The position numbers and the translations under genes are program-made. Under the pieces are notes generated by a model. The model saw only the letters and a program-made list of their open reading frames with translations, did not search any database and was not told where the DNA came from. Of a stretch of 64,000 nucleotides of DNA, positions 12,898-26,600 are shown piece after piece (positions within the stretch are counted from its first letter, which is position 1; every line of letters begins with the position of its first letter). The stretch is from Balanoglossus misakiensis (Eukaryota > Animalia > Hemichordata), in the NCBI GenBank assembly GCA_040954595.2, contig CM082577.2:3906305-3970304 (forward strand), given 5' to 3'.

Positions 12898-15800
12898 ATG
12901 TTTAGGTTCGTCGGTCTTTTGACGCTGTTTGCGGTGTTCCTCCTTTGCAAATGCGGTGGCACTAACAGTGGGCATATAAACTTCGTCGGGGCGAAACTCG
13001 ACGATTTGGCAAGTGCGTCGCCGGGGTTCTTGCCCTTCGGAAACGGAAACCGAACCACCACCGTCGTCATCCGACTGGGCGCTTTCGTCGCCAACTTGGA
13101 TCAGCTGCGCGCGCTCCGCAACGCCAGCGGGGAGCACTACCACCAGCCCGCCGCGGATTCGTCATCAAACCCGGCCAAAAGTTCGTCGCCGGTGAGCGTC
13201 GAGCTGGACGTCCATGTTAGCGATAATCCCAGCTATTACGAGATTACGCAGCTGTTGTGCGCGAGGTTTCTCGACCGCAGCGTCCACGGCCTGCTTCTCG
13301 CGACCGATGAAGACAGCTACGCCGAAAAATACATCACCGCGAAATACGTGACAAGCACAGCTGCCTATCTAGGGCTGCCCGTTATCAGCTTAAATCCTGG
13401 CTTATCCATTGCCTCCCTCTATGACACGACGGTAAGTGTATTTCTATGTTCTCTGCGTGTGCATACCCTGGAGGCTCCAGAATAAAACAAAGAGTAGTTT
13501 GGCGCCGGCGCGTCGCCATATTTTTCTCGTGAGGATAACCCCAAAGTTCTAAAAAATATGTATAAGATGCGCGGTCGCGACTTGCTATTTTTAAACGTAT
13601 TGGTCTGATCAACGAAAGGTCGTGCACTTTTTAGTTGACAAAGATCCATCTTTACCTTTACTGGTCAGTTTCCTTGGCCTTGGGGGCGGTGGATTCTATT
13701 TTGTGGATATCAAAAAGTGACTGAACCCACCTTCATTGAACATGGAAAAATGGGTGCCCCCAATCACCCAATTCCGCCCCCTGCCGAAGAAACTGACCAG
13801 TCCCTAATGTAGAATCACCTCGGGCTGCGGTGATATCCCACGACTCTATTATACAGTGTACATTGCGATTAAAAACTAATTATTACAACTAAACAGCGTA
13901 TTAACCCATCTATCTCTCTGTCAAGCATTTCACTTTTAATAAATTGAGATGAATAATTTATATGCTGGCATCTTGAACACATGTGTCTAGAATAATCAAC
14001 AGACACAAACATTTCAAGACTATTTTTGTAATACAAATACCTTAATGTAGCCTTCAACAACTATGTTGACTTTCCTGTTAAGGTACTTTAGACTTTCCCT
14101 GACTTCTATTTCACCGGGATGCAAATGATGGCAAAACGATCTAATCCTACAGGTGCTCTTGTGGGTAAATGCCAGCTTTTGTACATGTACAACATGTGTG
14201 ATTGGGTTGCGTGTTTCCACTTGGGTGTCACAAGTGCATGCAACGCTCTAACCCCGGTTACGATACACAACACACGTACGTGCACAGTACTTCAAATCAG
14301 ACGAGACGAGTCGTGGAACTTGCGCGCAAGCGGGCCTCAGAGTCTCTCTGTTCAGCATGACTGCTCTCTCGAGATGAACAAGATATACCCGCACCTGCAA
14401 GTACATGTAAGCCCAATTGCTATTCGCCGCATCTCTTTCGCCGCCGTGTAAGTTAAGCGACTTGAAGTGAAACAATGCGTGCCCAGACGCTTTAAGTCGG
14501 ACAAGAGAGATCCAGATCGCCTCTTTACGTATCGTTGGCAATTAACAGCGTATTAAAGCTAACTTATGATACATCAGCTGGGTTCTGAGCAACAATTCTT
14601 TTTGAATATATCGATGAGTGAGTTCGTGTACTTGAAAACACATTCTACGCGTAATAAAGGTAAACATTGAAAGTCGTGGGCCTAATCTCTGAGAGTGTCA
14701 CACATTCACAAGCTGTTGGAAACACGACATGATACCGAGCTGTTCAAATCTGCAAGTTTCTCCTAATGTAACATTTATAATCAATGAAACTGAATCAAAT
14801 TTTATAGGACGGTGGTCAAACGTGGTGGCTGTTTCACGTTATAACAACCCAGTACAACAGTTCAACGTTTGTCGCCGCTCCACTGCTAAAGTGTCTTGCA
14901 CTTTTCATTCGTTGTGGTTTTATAACAGAACTGTCCAACTGGTTGTTCTCTCCGACAGCCTCTTTCTAGGTCCCCTTGATACCTTCTTTGTTCCGCCCCA
15001 ACACCCACCCAACCCCTGTCGGCATTTCTATCCGATTTCGATGCAGCTGTATAACTCGACTCTACATGATCCTCGCTGAAACCCTAATCCGATTGGTTCT
15101 TATAGCTGATATGTATCGGTGATTGCCTTGAGATTTGACTGCAACCTCGTTCGACTCATTGCGCATCTCTACCTGTACCTGTCATGTTACACGCGTATCT
15201 ATCTCGTGCTTGATGCGGGTAGGCGTACATGTACACGCATGTTTCATGCAACAACATTTCAGTGCAAGTCATGCAATTTCAGACGAGTGGGCACATGAAT
15301 AAAATGTAGGATCAGAGATATCCAGTATTGGTTTATTGCTTTCTCTTTGCATGTGTGAACAGTAATTGCAAGTGACAGGAAATAATAAACCCCGTTTCAT
15401 CAAGACAAGCTTATCGTTGGACAAACATAACACTTTACGTATAGGCTAATAACATGCACTATTCTCGTGCGAGTGTATAAAAGTTGCCGGCCTGGCATAT
15501 GGCACATAAAACTCACCTATTTTTATACTATATTTATATTCGCACATTCATTCTAATTTAGTATGGGCGGATTTTTAAATTTCAAATATATGATCTATAT
15601 ATAATAATACATTAGCTTCAGTTGTAATGGTCATTTAGTGATTTCCGACGGTTCGTAACTGAACGAGATTTTAATTACTGGAAGCTGTGATGATGATCCG
15701 TGGCGTGATGACGCCATGCATCATGCAGACAAACTCTCCTTGCATTGAAAATGTCAAGTGCCAGCAACTGTATAAATGTACACATATAGATCCGTATACC

Positions 15801-17602
15801 TGCGCTGGTGAATCAGCAAATACCACACGGAATTAGTTTTTGAAGCTGTTTTTAAAAGATGAATCTTTAAACGTGGTGTACAAAAGACCCAATCTTCGAT
15901 GGATAGTATTCCCGCTCATTTGTGACGTTTGTTTTTGGCCGGGCGGGTTCACCTGCAAGATTGCATCTTTGTTCCCTCAAATTCGATCGCAAGATCTTAT
16001 CCTCGTCTGTCAACACTCATCCACGTCACGGCCGCGCTCACTGGTAAAAGGTGGTATCCTTTCCCGTTCCTAATCTAATATTATAATACTAGTATATGAC
16101 CTTGATGAAGAATCGTCTGACATGTCTAAACATCATAAATTAATAGAATGGATATATTTTCATTTGAATGACACGAGATCTTTGGTTTGTACACAACATG
16201 GTTTACACTTGCACACTTTACGCCTAACATCCCCGTCTCTCGAGCAAACCGTACAGACGCCCACTTGTGGTGTCAAATTCCGGGGTTTCGATAAGCCGGC
16301 CTTTCGCATCTTTACCTGCTGACCCTTAATGCCTAGAGACGAATTAGCGTGGAATGAAAAAAGAAACATCGTAATTTACGCGAGAGAGCTGCCGCAAAGG
16401 TAGGAAAATCGTAAATCTATATGAGCCACAGTGAGTACCAGATGTATTACAGTGACGTCATTGTCTTAGTATAGGTGTTATCACTATACAGCTGAAATAA
16501 TGTTTTGGGCGTTTTCAAATCGAAAATCTACATGTTTCTAGACCTACCTATTTATTTTTACGTACAAGTTATCTAACCTACACATCAGAGTTTGCCTGTA
16601 CGTAGTCCGAAAGTACAGGCACCCCTGTAACTCTTTCCTTGAACAAACTTCAAGTGTTTATCGGATAATGTCATCAGATGTACCACATAAAAAACGAGTT
16701 TTTTATTGCCGACTACCATCTATGTAATTGTGTGATTTAAGATCTTACCATCTGAATGCAAAGAGTCAATCTTCCAACAATGCGTGGTGGTGAAGAATAA
16801 GAGTACAGGTAGTTCCCAACAGTCGGGCCACACCCAAGCGTCTGGAGATACCGATCACCACAGGCAATCGTTTTCCAATTTACCAAAAATATAGTCGAAA
16901 TTTACTGGAGGAGTTCTAAACTTCAATCAGATAACAACGATAGCATATATTCAAAACATGTATTATTTGCTCTCTTACCGATCTGAACGTGGCTAATAGT
17001 ACATTCCAAGGCAGAACGCAATGTTTCATTAATCTTCATTATTGTGCCGTAAGAACTCGCCTTGACACAATGGCATTTTACTTCTGCACGACAATTTCCA
17101 TTAATGACGTGGGATAGATTGCCGCGCTCGACATATTTCTTTCGAGAAGTGCTTCCAACTTTAAATCATACCGGACGAACCCGGAAGTACCGTGTGATAG
17201 ATATGTCTTGAGTCATTCATTATAACTGAGAGGTGATCAGACTCTATGTGAGCTTCTTACGTGATCTCTTTGGGCCCATATTAAAGTTTATCGAATTTTA
17301 AATATTAAACAAAAATCATCGTATCTTAGAACACGATAAACAACCTACTTCTTCTGGCTGTCTTTTTAATATGTACCTATAACGGATCCCTTGAGGATTA
17401 ACCTTAAGCCCGCACATAAATATTTATTTATACATTATGATATGATCTACATAGTAACAAATGATTGTCCCCGCGACAGTGATAGGTGTTATTCGACTTA
17501 GTCGAAAGAACACTCATTGTTGCTGCGCGTTACTTATTCATAGTTACCTTGGCGACAACGACGATGATGACGCTGATGTCATCGAGATAGTCGTCGTCGT
17601 CG

Positions 17603-17634
<32 letters not shown>

Positions 17635-20600
17635 GCAATTTTTTCAATGAGCATAAGCTTATTCATCGCTTGTTGTTTTTTGCATTGACTCCATCTGACA
17701 ATCTCTCCGACTATTAGTTTTCATCATGTATATACAATTGCATTTGTAATTCGATTATCCTTTACGACAATCGCCTTCTGGGCACTATCAGAGAAACCGA
17801 ATGAATTCAAAACAGTGAAAGAGTTATGTATTTTATCATGTATTTGGAGTAGCACTTTGATAGGTTTATTATAATGTATTGGCCATTTTATTATCATGTT
17901 AGACATGCTTATTAGGGAACCGTTTATTTTAATTAACAAATTATCACTCGCTTAAAACGCAATGTATTTCACGACAGTCACAAATTATAATTAGACTGTG
18001 TAGCAAAGAATAGACATACCTAGTAATTCGCATTCATTACTTGGATTACATGTTGCAATTATGAATGCAAGAACTGCAAAAAACTCGATTGTACAATCAT
18101 TTGCATACCCTGAGTGGCACGTTTGTATGGTGGAATGTATAATATAACTCGTCGATCGATAGGGGTACAGAAAGGTTCAACTAAAACATATGTAACACTT
18201 CCAGATTCGTGTGTGACGTTTTCTCAGTCGACGAAACGAGTCTGTATGATTGCGAGGAACGCCCGTTATCGCACAAGTGTTGGTTAAATCACAGAACCAG
18301 ATATCCTGTTAGTGCAGCGATTTGAATTCAAGTATTTCGCTCCACATACAAACGTAGTTTCATTTATGTAGTTCAGGATTAACAGAATCAAAACCCTTGA
18401 CATATCCGAGTCACATATTAGACACACATTGAAATTCCGTCAAGGTGCCTATATAATGTCCTGGGAAACTTCCACTTGCGTTAATGTTTATATATGATAC
18501 GCAAGTACGTGCAGATTGAAATATATTCGCAAGACAGGCTGGCTCTGAATAGCTATCGCGCGATATGTGCACTGCCCTTGTAAAACGTCATGAGGACAAG
18601 TGTGGTTAAATTTTGATATGTCGGTATTAAGGACATTTGATACTCGGACTCGAATTGTATGTAGGCGTGTGCATCATAAAGTAAGCGGTACTTTTAGATA
18701 ATTACTTGCCTCATCCAGCTTCGTTCTTGGCTTAACATCTTCAGAATATCCTCTGGCTTGAATTACCTGGAATTAGGTCTACCTGTTGACGTGTACGAGA
18801 GTAAAGTAAAGCGTGCGTCAGTTTTGTATCAATAATAGCACTATACATGTACAGTAAAAATGTCGCTTATGTCGCTGGCGAAATAGAAAAGATTGCAACC
18901 TTAAAGGGATACAATCACTTGTTATTTACATATATACATATGACCATACAGTGGTGTTTTGTACGTTATCTAAGCTGGTGCGGAGTTTTGGATGCAATAT
19001 GCAAATGATCAATTTTTATATTTATGTCATGCATAATTACCTATATTTAAATTGTTATGTCAAGCTGAGCCGATTACCGTCTGAACGCTCGCATGTTTGA
19101 CATAAAGACAGACAAAGTCAGTCTAAAGGCGGTCTTGAAGTTATATATATGCCTGTCGTTATCAAATTTACAGTATTTCCTCGTGGGAAGCAGAAACTTT
19201 GAAATATTCATATTTACGACAAAAGTTTCAGCGCACATGCCTAATCGGCGCCTTAACGATCCAGACATCGGAGCGTATACATCACGGTATCGGGTTATGA
19301 ATCATTTCTACGCGAAGATTAGTGCTCGAAAATGGGAAATTCAAATTTGAATTTGTCATAAAGGTAAGCTGGGACTTCAGAGTGATGGATGACCGCCTGT
19401 GCGCGCTTAAACGGTATATACGCTGAAAATGTGAAGTCTGCTGTCTGTTACAGCGCGTTGAAAATCGAAAAGTGGCATTGAGCGAAGTGAACATCTACAA
19501 TGCGGTGGTGAGAATTCTGGCTGCCTTGAATAGGTTTTTACTTCGCGCTAGGGGGTCAAATCAAATTATAAAACTTGCATTCTAGGTAAAATGTCGACAA
19601 CTCACTGTAGTAACAGATAGAACTTGAAGAAATGACCTCTTTTGGTCAAACATTTCTGCATTTGTAGTACGTATATTAAACATTCAACTTTTTCCACATT
19701 TTGTTATTTGTTCTGTTACAATAATGATCCTGTGTCACTTTAGCTTATGAACACCGATTTCTTAAACATGGCAAAAATCGGCCATCTTGAAATTGTGTCG
19801 ACCATAGGAGATTTTTATCACTCACCTAGGTAGCAAAAACCTATTAAAGGCAGGGAGAATTCCATTACAAAGTGTTCCATAAACTATGGCATTGATCTGC
19901 GCTGCAATCTATCCTAAACATCTTGAGGTCAACGGGGTGCGACTTCAAGTTTTTTGAAAGGTCTCCCATAAGGCTCCGTTGTCCGAATTAAACTTTCCTA
20001 TGTTGCTATGCGTTTGAAACATTTAAACTAGCCTATACCCCAATATGTTTGTACTCGCAAAACAACACACGGTATGTCATATTTCTCATTACCCTGATAA
20101 AATTCGCTTGGTAAACAGATGATGGTTATCGTTCGGTAAAATACATTTATTTATATGATTTATCGAAAAATCTATCGCATGGGCATATATCATACTAGGC
20201 ATGTCGCAACAAGAAATTTCTTTTTCCTGTGCGGGATTTGAAGACCATTTTGGCGCCAAAATCAAAACGACAAGTTCGATTTCACATTAGATCTCTGAAG
20301 CCTACATTAAATCATAAGTGAATGTATCAAGCCTTTGCCTTGGTTCTTATTGGCGGCCGTGCGCGGAGTAGATTGTCGTCATGAATATTTGAAGAGACAA
20401 AACGAGGCAAGGATCTGATCTCGGTTACAGTGCACAAAATGCTCACAGCAAACGGGTGCACCGAATTACTTCTTTGCAAAGCGCAAATGATAAAAGTCAC
20501 GCGGACTATTTTGCCCGGCCATCCAGCAACTCAGTCGTGGGTTGAGAATTACCCTCACAAGGAAACGCTAATTACGTAACAGCTGTCCCGGAAATGTAAA

Positions 20601-23600
20601 TTATATAATGACAATTTCGGAAAATTAACGAACGTGTAGTCGTTTCTTACGGCACGACTAAGAAATCATTGGATTTTGACAAAATCTGAATTACACCAAG
20701 TCGTTAGGACGTAATCAACAGTTACTACAAATGTATATACGAGAGGATATTCAACTCTGGCGTGTTTTCAGATTCAGATTCGGATTCGGTGAGATAATCG
20801 GCTACTACATAAGTGCTAATATTGTATGCAGTCAATTCGTTCTCGTGGGTTATAGTGCTGATCAGGGTTCCTGCTGTGTATCTCTATATCGATGACATTC
20901 AATTTGGCGCTAGACGGGTCGCGCGATCAGAAAATTCCCGCTTGATTGAAGGGTTATTCTCGGCGCAATTTCAGCTCGGGCTGTCCGCTCTGGCTTCATT
21001 TAGCTTAATAATCCTCGCTGCAGATTGAAGCAATTTGCCACTTCCATCTTTGGGGACCGACTGCCACAAATAATACACACAGCGAACTGCGAGTCAATGC
21101 AAACGTTTTGACGTGCACGTCGCTGTAAGTTTGGCATTTCTGCGAAACGCGTAATCAAACATAACTCTCACACGACATGGTTTTGGATAATTCTGAGTAA
21201 GAATGGATGTATTGGGTTATAGCGTTTGTTTTTTCTGGTGATTTCCATGACTAATAATGCGATTATCAAGGATTTCTAGCTTACACAGTTTCAGTGATTT
21301 AACTGTCAATTAAATGACAAATTCACTTTTATGTCCTCAATGCTGTTATAGTACAGCGCCTATTTCTCCACGAATCAGTGGAAAAAACTTTGTCGAGTAT
21401 CCATTTACACACGCCCCCATGATTACTAAAGCAATTCCAATCGTAAAATTCTACAAACCGCTAATACGGTTTATGAACCCATTATATGAATAGCGAGGTA
21501 AAATCTAATTTAGTTCATAATTATTCTCCTTTTTTATTATCCTCGGGGTATTCTTAGGATTTCTGCTATTCCCAGTGGGCTGCCTCTGATGAACTCGTCC
21601 AAATCATATTACGGTTGTAAATGCTTACGGTTCTGATATCATTTATAGGAGATAAACTACACCTATATCAGTATTACTTGAATTTGTTACATTCAAATAG
21701 TCACTTTTGTAGTCAGAAGCGGGAGGTTTTGTTGTTGTTTGTCGTTAAGAGAAAGGAGGACATGTAAAAGACAAGCAGAAGATGCTTGACATTTGAAGAA
21801 AATGACATCGCGACGACCGGTCAAGCGATTTCGACATTTCTGCTTGGTTAACAGTTATGAAATACTTAAAAGATTTCAGTTAACGCGTGACCTGAGCTCC
21901 GATGGGTTGATTACTTCGCACGGGGTTGAATAATGCATTTAGATCTAAAAGTAAAAGACAGATCGCTCCGGTTCTTGATTGTGCAATCTTAACAGTCTCA
22001 GACAAATCAGTGTCACCGGGAAGCCGTGCGAAATACCTATACTCGCAACGCAATCGCGCCTGGATCAATCGGAGTTTATTGTTACCGTAGTTTTCGTACT
22101 GGGTTTCAAATTGTGCTAGGTTTCACCACGGTGGACAGTTTACTTTCTATATAATATGACACAGCGTGCAAAACCCTAGGGTGTACCACTGCTACGCGGT
22201 TCAGACTCAGCTTTTCTTTATAGGTATACCAATATAGAACTTGGGTGAATGTTTGCCTCGCGGAAGCAGTACGTCCTATTGACCCTGTCTACATGGAGCG
22301 ACGCTGGCCGCTACAGATAGCCATACACTTCACGAGACTGATGATACAAAATGTCTGTCTCTGTCTGGAACTAACAAGCTTGTAGTTGTACAAGGTCTAG
22401 AGATTGCACACTGAGGCAAACTACGGAATATATGCAAATCCTCAAGCTAATTGGCCCGAGCGTCCCCGAGTGGCAGATGGCGCAACGGCAGCACCAGACA
22501 CCTCCAGCGCACACTTCCAACTTAATCCATGCGTGGGCCCACGCTGGTTGTCATGTTTGATAAGAGGAGATGTATTTCAGGGGCCATCGATGCTGGGTCT
22601 TCAAAACGTTTTACCTGTGGCATTTCTGCACGATCCGTCACTCTTTTGATGGATGACGCTGCCGTAAGTAACGCTAATGGCCAAAGTCAAAGTTACTGAT
22701 AACATTTCTGCCGAATAAAAGAGAACACGGTCACCTATGCAAATTTGGGATCCAGCCAATCACAGAATTTACGTTTGCCCACGCGAAAACAAAACTGCGC
22801 CACCAAAATGGTCGTTCAGAGTCACATACACGCCCCTTTAATCATATATGGGCATATGTAAATTAAAGGTGATAGTACACCTTTAATAATATTTTAAGTT
22901 AACTCTGCTGATTTTGATATCTGACAGATCCCATATTCTTTGTTCATACTTGATGTCGCCTTTTGCAGCGCAAATGGGTTTCGTTACGGAATGTTAAAAC
23001 ATTGCCTCCCTCAGGCTAAAAATGGTATCAACGATTGTATATAGAAAATTTCTGCCGGATACTTTTCACTGTATACTTTTGGTTTGACGTCTAATTATGC
23101 AACTCATGCAATTAAATCTCAATCTGACCTAAGCAGTTCGCCGATATACAATGCGTATGTCTTGTCGCATCTGCGATATGTTGATAGTATTATTGAAATT
23201 TCCCTGATTGTCTGTGATCTGTTTTTTTCTGAAAGGATCTTCCTTTCATTTATCTAATTAAATGTGCTGTAATTAAATGTACCTTTTGGATTATTTGATT
23301 AAACGTGTTGTAATTGCAGTTGACAAACGGGGTCTGGAAAAGTCATAATGGGATTTGACGTCATGGTTTAGATATACGTGATAAATACATATGTGGACTC
23401 CTAAAGTCTTTGGCTGAATCGAAGCTGTCCTATATACCATTGCTGTGGTCGATTCTCGTCGCTCTTAAAGCGAAATGACAAGCTGTCAACAAAGGTTGGC
23501 GAACTAGTCAAGTATCGGGAATTAACGACTTGTCACGATGATACCTTCTGACAAAGTGAGACAGGACACGGAGCCGTTAAGGAGAAACTAATGAGACAGA

Positions 23601-26600
23601 TCAAACGGTAAACGACCACATTCATTAGTGGGTGAAAATGTGCAATTACGTTACTTCTAAGGGGGATGTCATTATTACCTGATTAGGGGGTCCCGGCGTT
23701 TTAAATTACTAGCGCATAGCCAGGGCAATCACGGAAGAGGACAGGTTAGGTGGGGGTGATTTCGAAACTTGAAACTGTAGGGGTCACACCACGAGAAATA
23801 CGCGCTTATACACCATGTTTTATATGGGCTACCTTATAAATACGTCTCCCTGAAACATGAACCTTAACACCGTTATGGGACTATTTTCTCTTATTTGTTA
23901 TGTACCAGCCAAATGGAACATCAAAAAAACAAGATAAAATGGCCGCAGATGTACAATACGTAGCCTGGTGCTTTGAGTTATGGGTTTTTGGATACACTTA
24001 TCAACATATCTAGGCTTTGGCTTTTATTTGTCTTTGCATTACAAATAGAAACTTTCACAGCCCTATCAAACACACAATGACTTTGTGTGTACTGTTACAG
24101 CGTGCCTTTAACTCACGTTCAGCTCAGTATATACGTGTCTATGTCACAGTCGCTTTTTTATACTAGTAAGAGGAAAATTCGTTTTTTTCTGTTTTGCTAA
24201 TGGACGTTTCATCTTTAGCGTGCTTGAGCACATCTCTGACAGCGTAAATTATTACACACGACATGGGCATAAAGGGTCGTTTATTTTACTTGAATGTGTG
24301 TTTAACGATTTTTTCCCGATGGCTTTAACGTTCTGTCAATGTTCCCTGCCTATAGACCAGAATTAAAGTCGTACATTTAATGGATATACTAAAAGAACGG
24401 TTATGTTGATTATTTTAGCTTAATGTTCACAAACAGCGCGTTTTGACGTACGTCATCACATTGTAGTAGCAGTGTGAAGATTGTTGGCGCGAGTTTTACG
24501 AAAGATAGAACGACACACATATGTCGCGGGGAATTGCCTACTACAAAAATCCGTTTATGTTATCATGTTCGGGGCTACTGCTTTTCTGTAACATGGAATA
24601 ACATTGCACCAAATCAAGCGGTCATCATGTTGACATTCCACATAAGAATGATAAGTGGAACACCGTTCCTAATGTTCGTAGTTATTGGACATGAATGCAT
24701 TTGATATACATGGCCCGATAGAATGCATGTGTGTTATCGTTTATTTCCACAGTTTGACCCCATACTGTGATCACCTGCAAGACATGATAACTTTGACCCT
24801 TTGGAACACTTTGCGCTCTGCTGTTGCCGGATTACCGTTCTGTTTAAAAATAGAGTCACCGCGTGTCACCGGGACAGAGAACGAATGTTGCATGCAATTT
24901 GATTGAATGTTCGAAGTCGTGCGCAATTAGCCCATTCGAATACAGGTTGTAAACGATGCTAAGCCTACAACTGACCCATATTGTCTGTGTGACTATGCAT
25001 GCGCACCAGGATCCGACGATTACACGATAAGTATGCCGCACATGTGTCTCCGGATCTAAAAGCAATTCACAATTCCCAAACATTTTCCAAACGACAGATG
25101 CTGCCGATATTCCTTGGGCGCCGCCATTGTCGCAGCGGATGCGCGCTGGGCACGCGTCCTGATTGCAGAACGGGTTTTTAAGTACCGAGCTATTCATAAA
25201 AAATACGCTAATCTGATCAAACACAAATCACTGTTTTGACATGGTTATGTCAATTACGGTCACATAGGTAATGCAACAATAGTGTAAATGATTATATCGT
25301 TTTTTGTTCAAAATCATCGAAATCAAATCACTCAAGACTCACGCCGATGTTATATACTCCCTTCCCTATTCACGGGCCGCAGAATAACAAAATAGGGAAT
25401 GGTGTGTGTGTGTGTGTGACGGCAAACACGTTCAATTGACAGTGTTACCACAGTCATCTCGTGTTCGTAACCCTATCTTCTCAGGTACAAGCACAAAGTA
25501 CGGTTGGAAATTTATGTGAGTGCAAAAACATCACCCAGGGTGATCGAGTGTCACCGGCACCAGAGCGACAAACAAGGCTTAGCAAGGACAGTGCCACAAA
25601 CGACGGTTGGTGACATGAATTCAGCGTGAGTCTCAAAAGGGTAAAATCAGACCTCTATGGGATGTGAGTGTAATTTAAAAGGTACATTAATCTCTCGGAT
25701 GCCGTACAATTACTGGAGCAGTTACTTCTGGGACTCCGACTTCAATTCTCGCACTGCTCACACAAGGATAGCGAGGTCATGTGATGGGATCGTACGAGTC
25801 ATCATACAGCAGTACATGTAAGTGTCAGGTACAGGGGGTGACACACACACACAAAACACCTCTAGCTCTGCGCACATGTGTTAAGTATACACTAAGGGAG
25901 CATTCGTTTTTTACAGGGAGGGGGGGGCCGGTGGAAATCAGGGGGGGGTTTACTTTTACAAAGCAGTTTTTAGGGGGGGGACAAATTTTATAATCAATGG
26001 TTTAGGGGGGGGCAATTTTTACAACAGATTTGTATGGAATCATAGCACACTTTGACGACTAAATGTTTATTTTGAGTCCGCAAAAATGCAGTTTCGCGCC
26101 CTTTATTTTACAAAATTTTCACACCCACCCCTCATCAACACCTTTCAATCATTGACTGGTTTATCTATAGTGTCCCAGGTCAGGGGTCTTGCCCCCACCC
26201 CATGATAACTTTGAGCGGCGACGGTTAAATTTGTCCTCCCCAACATACCGGTAGTTGAGTTAATTTGCTTTTGCCGGGTTCATTAAAATGCAGCTTTGAG
26301 CTCTGTATTTTACAAAATTTTCTAACGTGGGAGGGGGAAACCCCCTCCCACACCCACCCCTCATCAACACCTTTCAATCATTGACTGGTTTATCTATAGT
26401 GTCCCAGGTCAGGGGACTTGCCCCCACCCCATGATAACTTTGAGCGGCGAAGGTTAAATTTGTCCTCCCCAACATACCGGTAGTTGAGTTAATTTGCTTT
26501 TGCCGGGTTCATTAAAATGCAGCTTTGAGCTCTGTATTTTACAAAATTTTCTAACGTGGGAGGGGGACACCCCCTCCCAAACCCACCCCCTTCAATTCTC

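Noticed and set aside
13892-14556. 13-bp direct repeat AACAGCGTATTAA about 650 bp apart as a TSD
   Set aside because: There is no poly(A) tail or TIR between the copies, and about one such match is expected by chance in a window of this size.
18901-19743. Possible second Kolobok element starting TTAAAGGGATACAAT
   Set aside because: The candidate right end (TGTGTCACTTTAG) matches poorly and overlaps another element, so the boundaries cannot be supported.
22122-22142. RE1/NRSE-like TTCACCACGGTGGACAG
   Set aside because: Two mismatches in the left half-site and no 3' CC; too weak to call.
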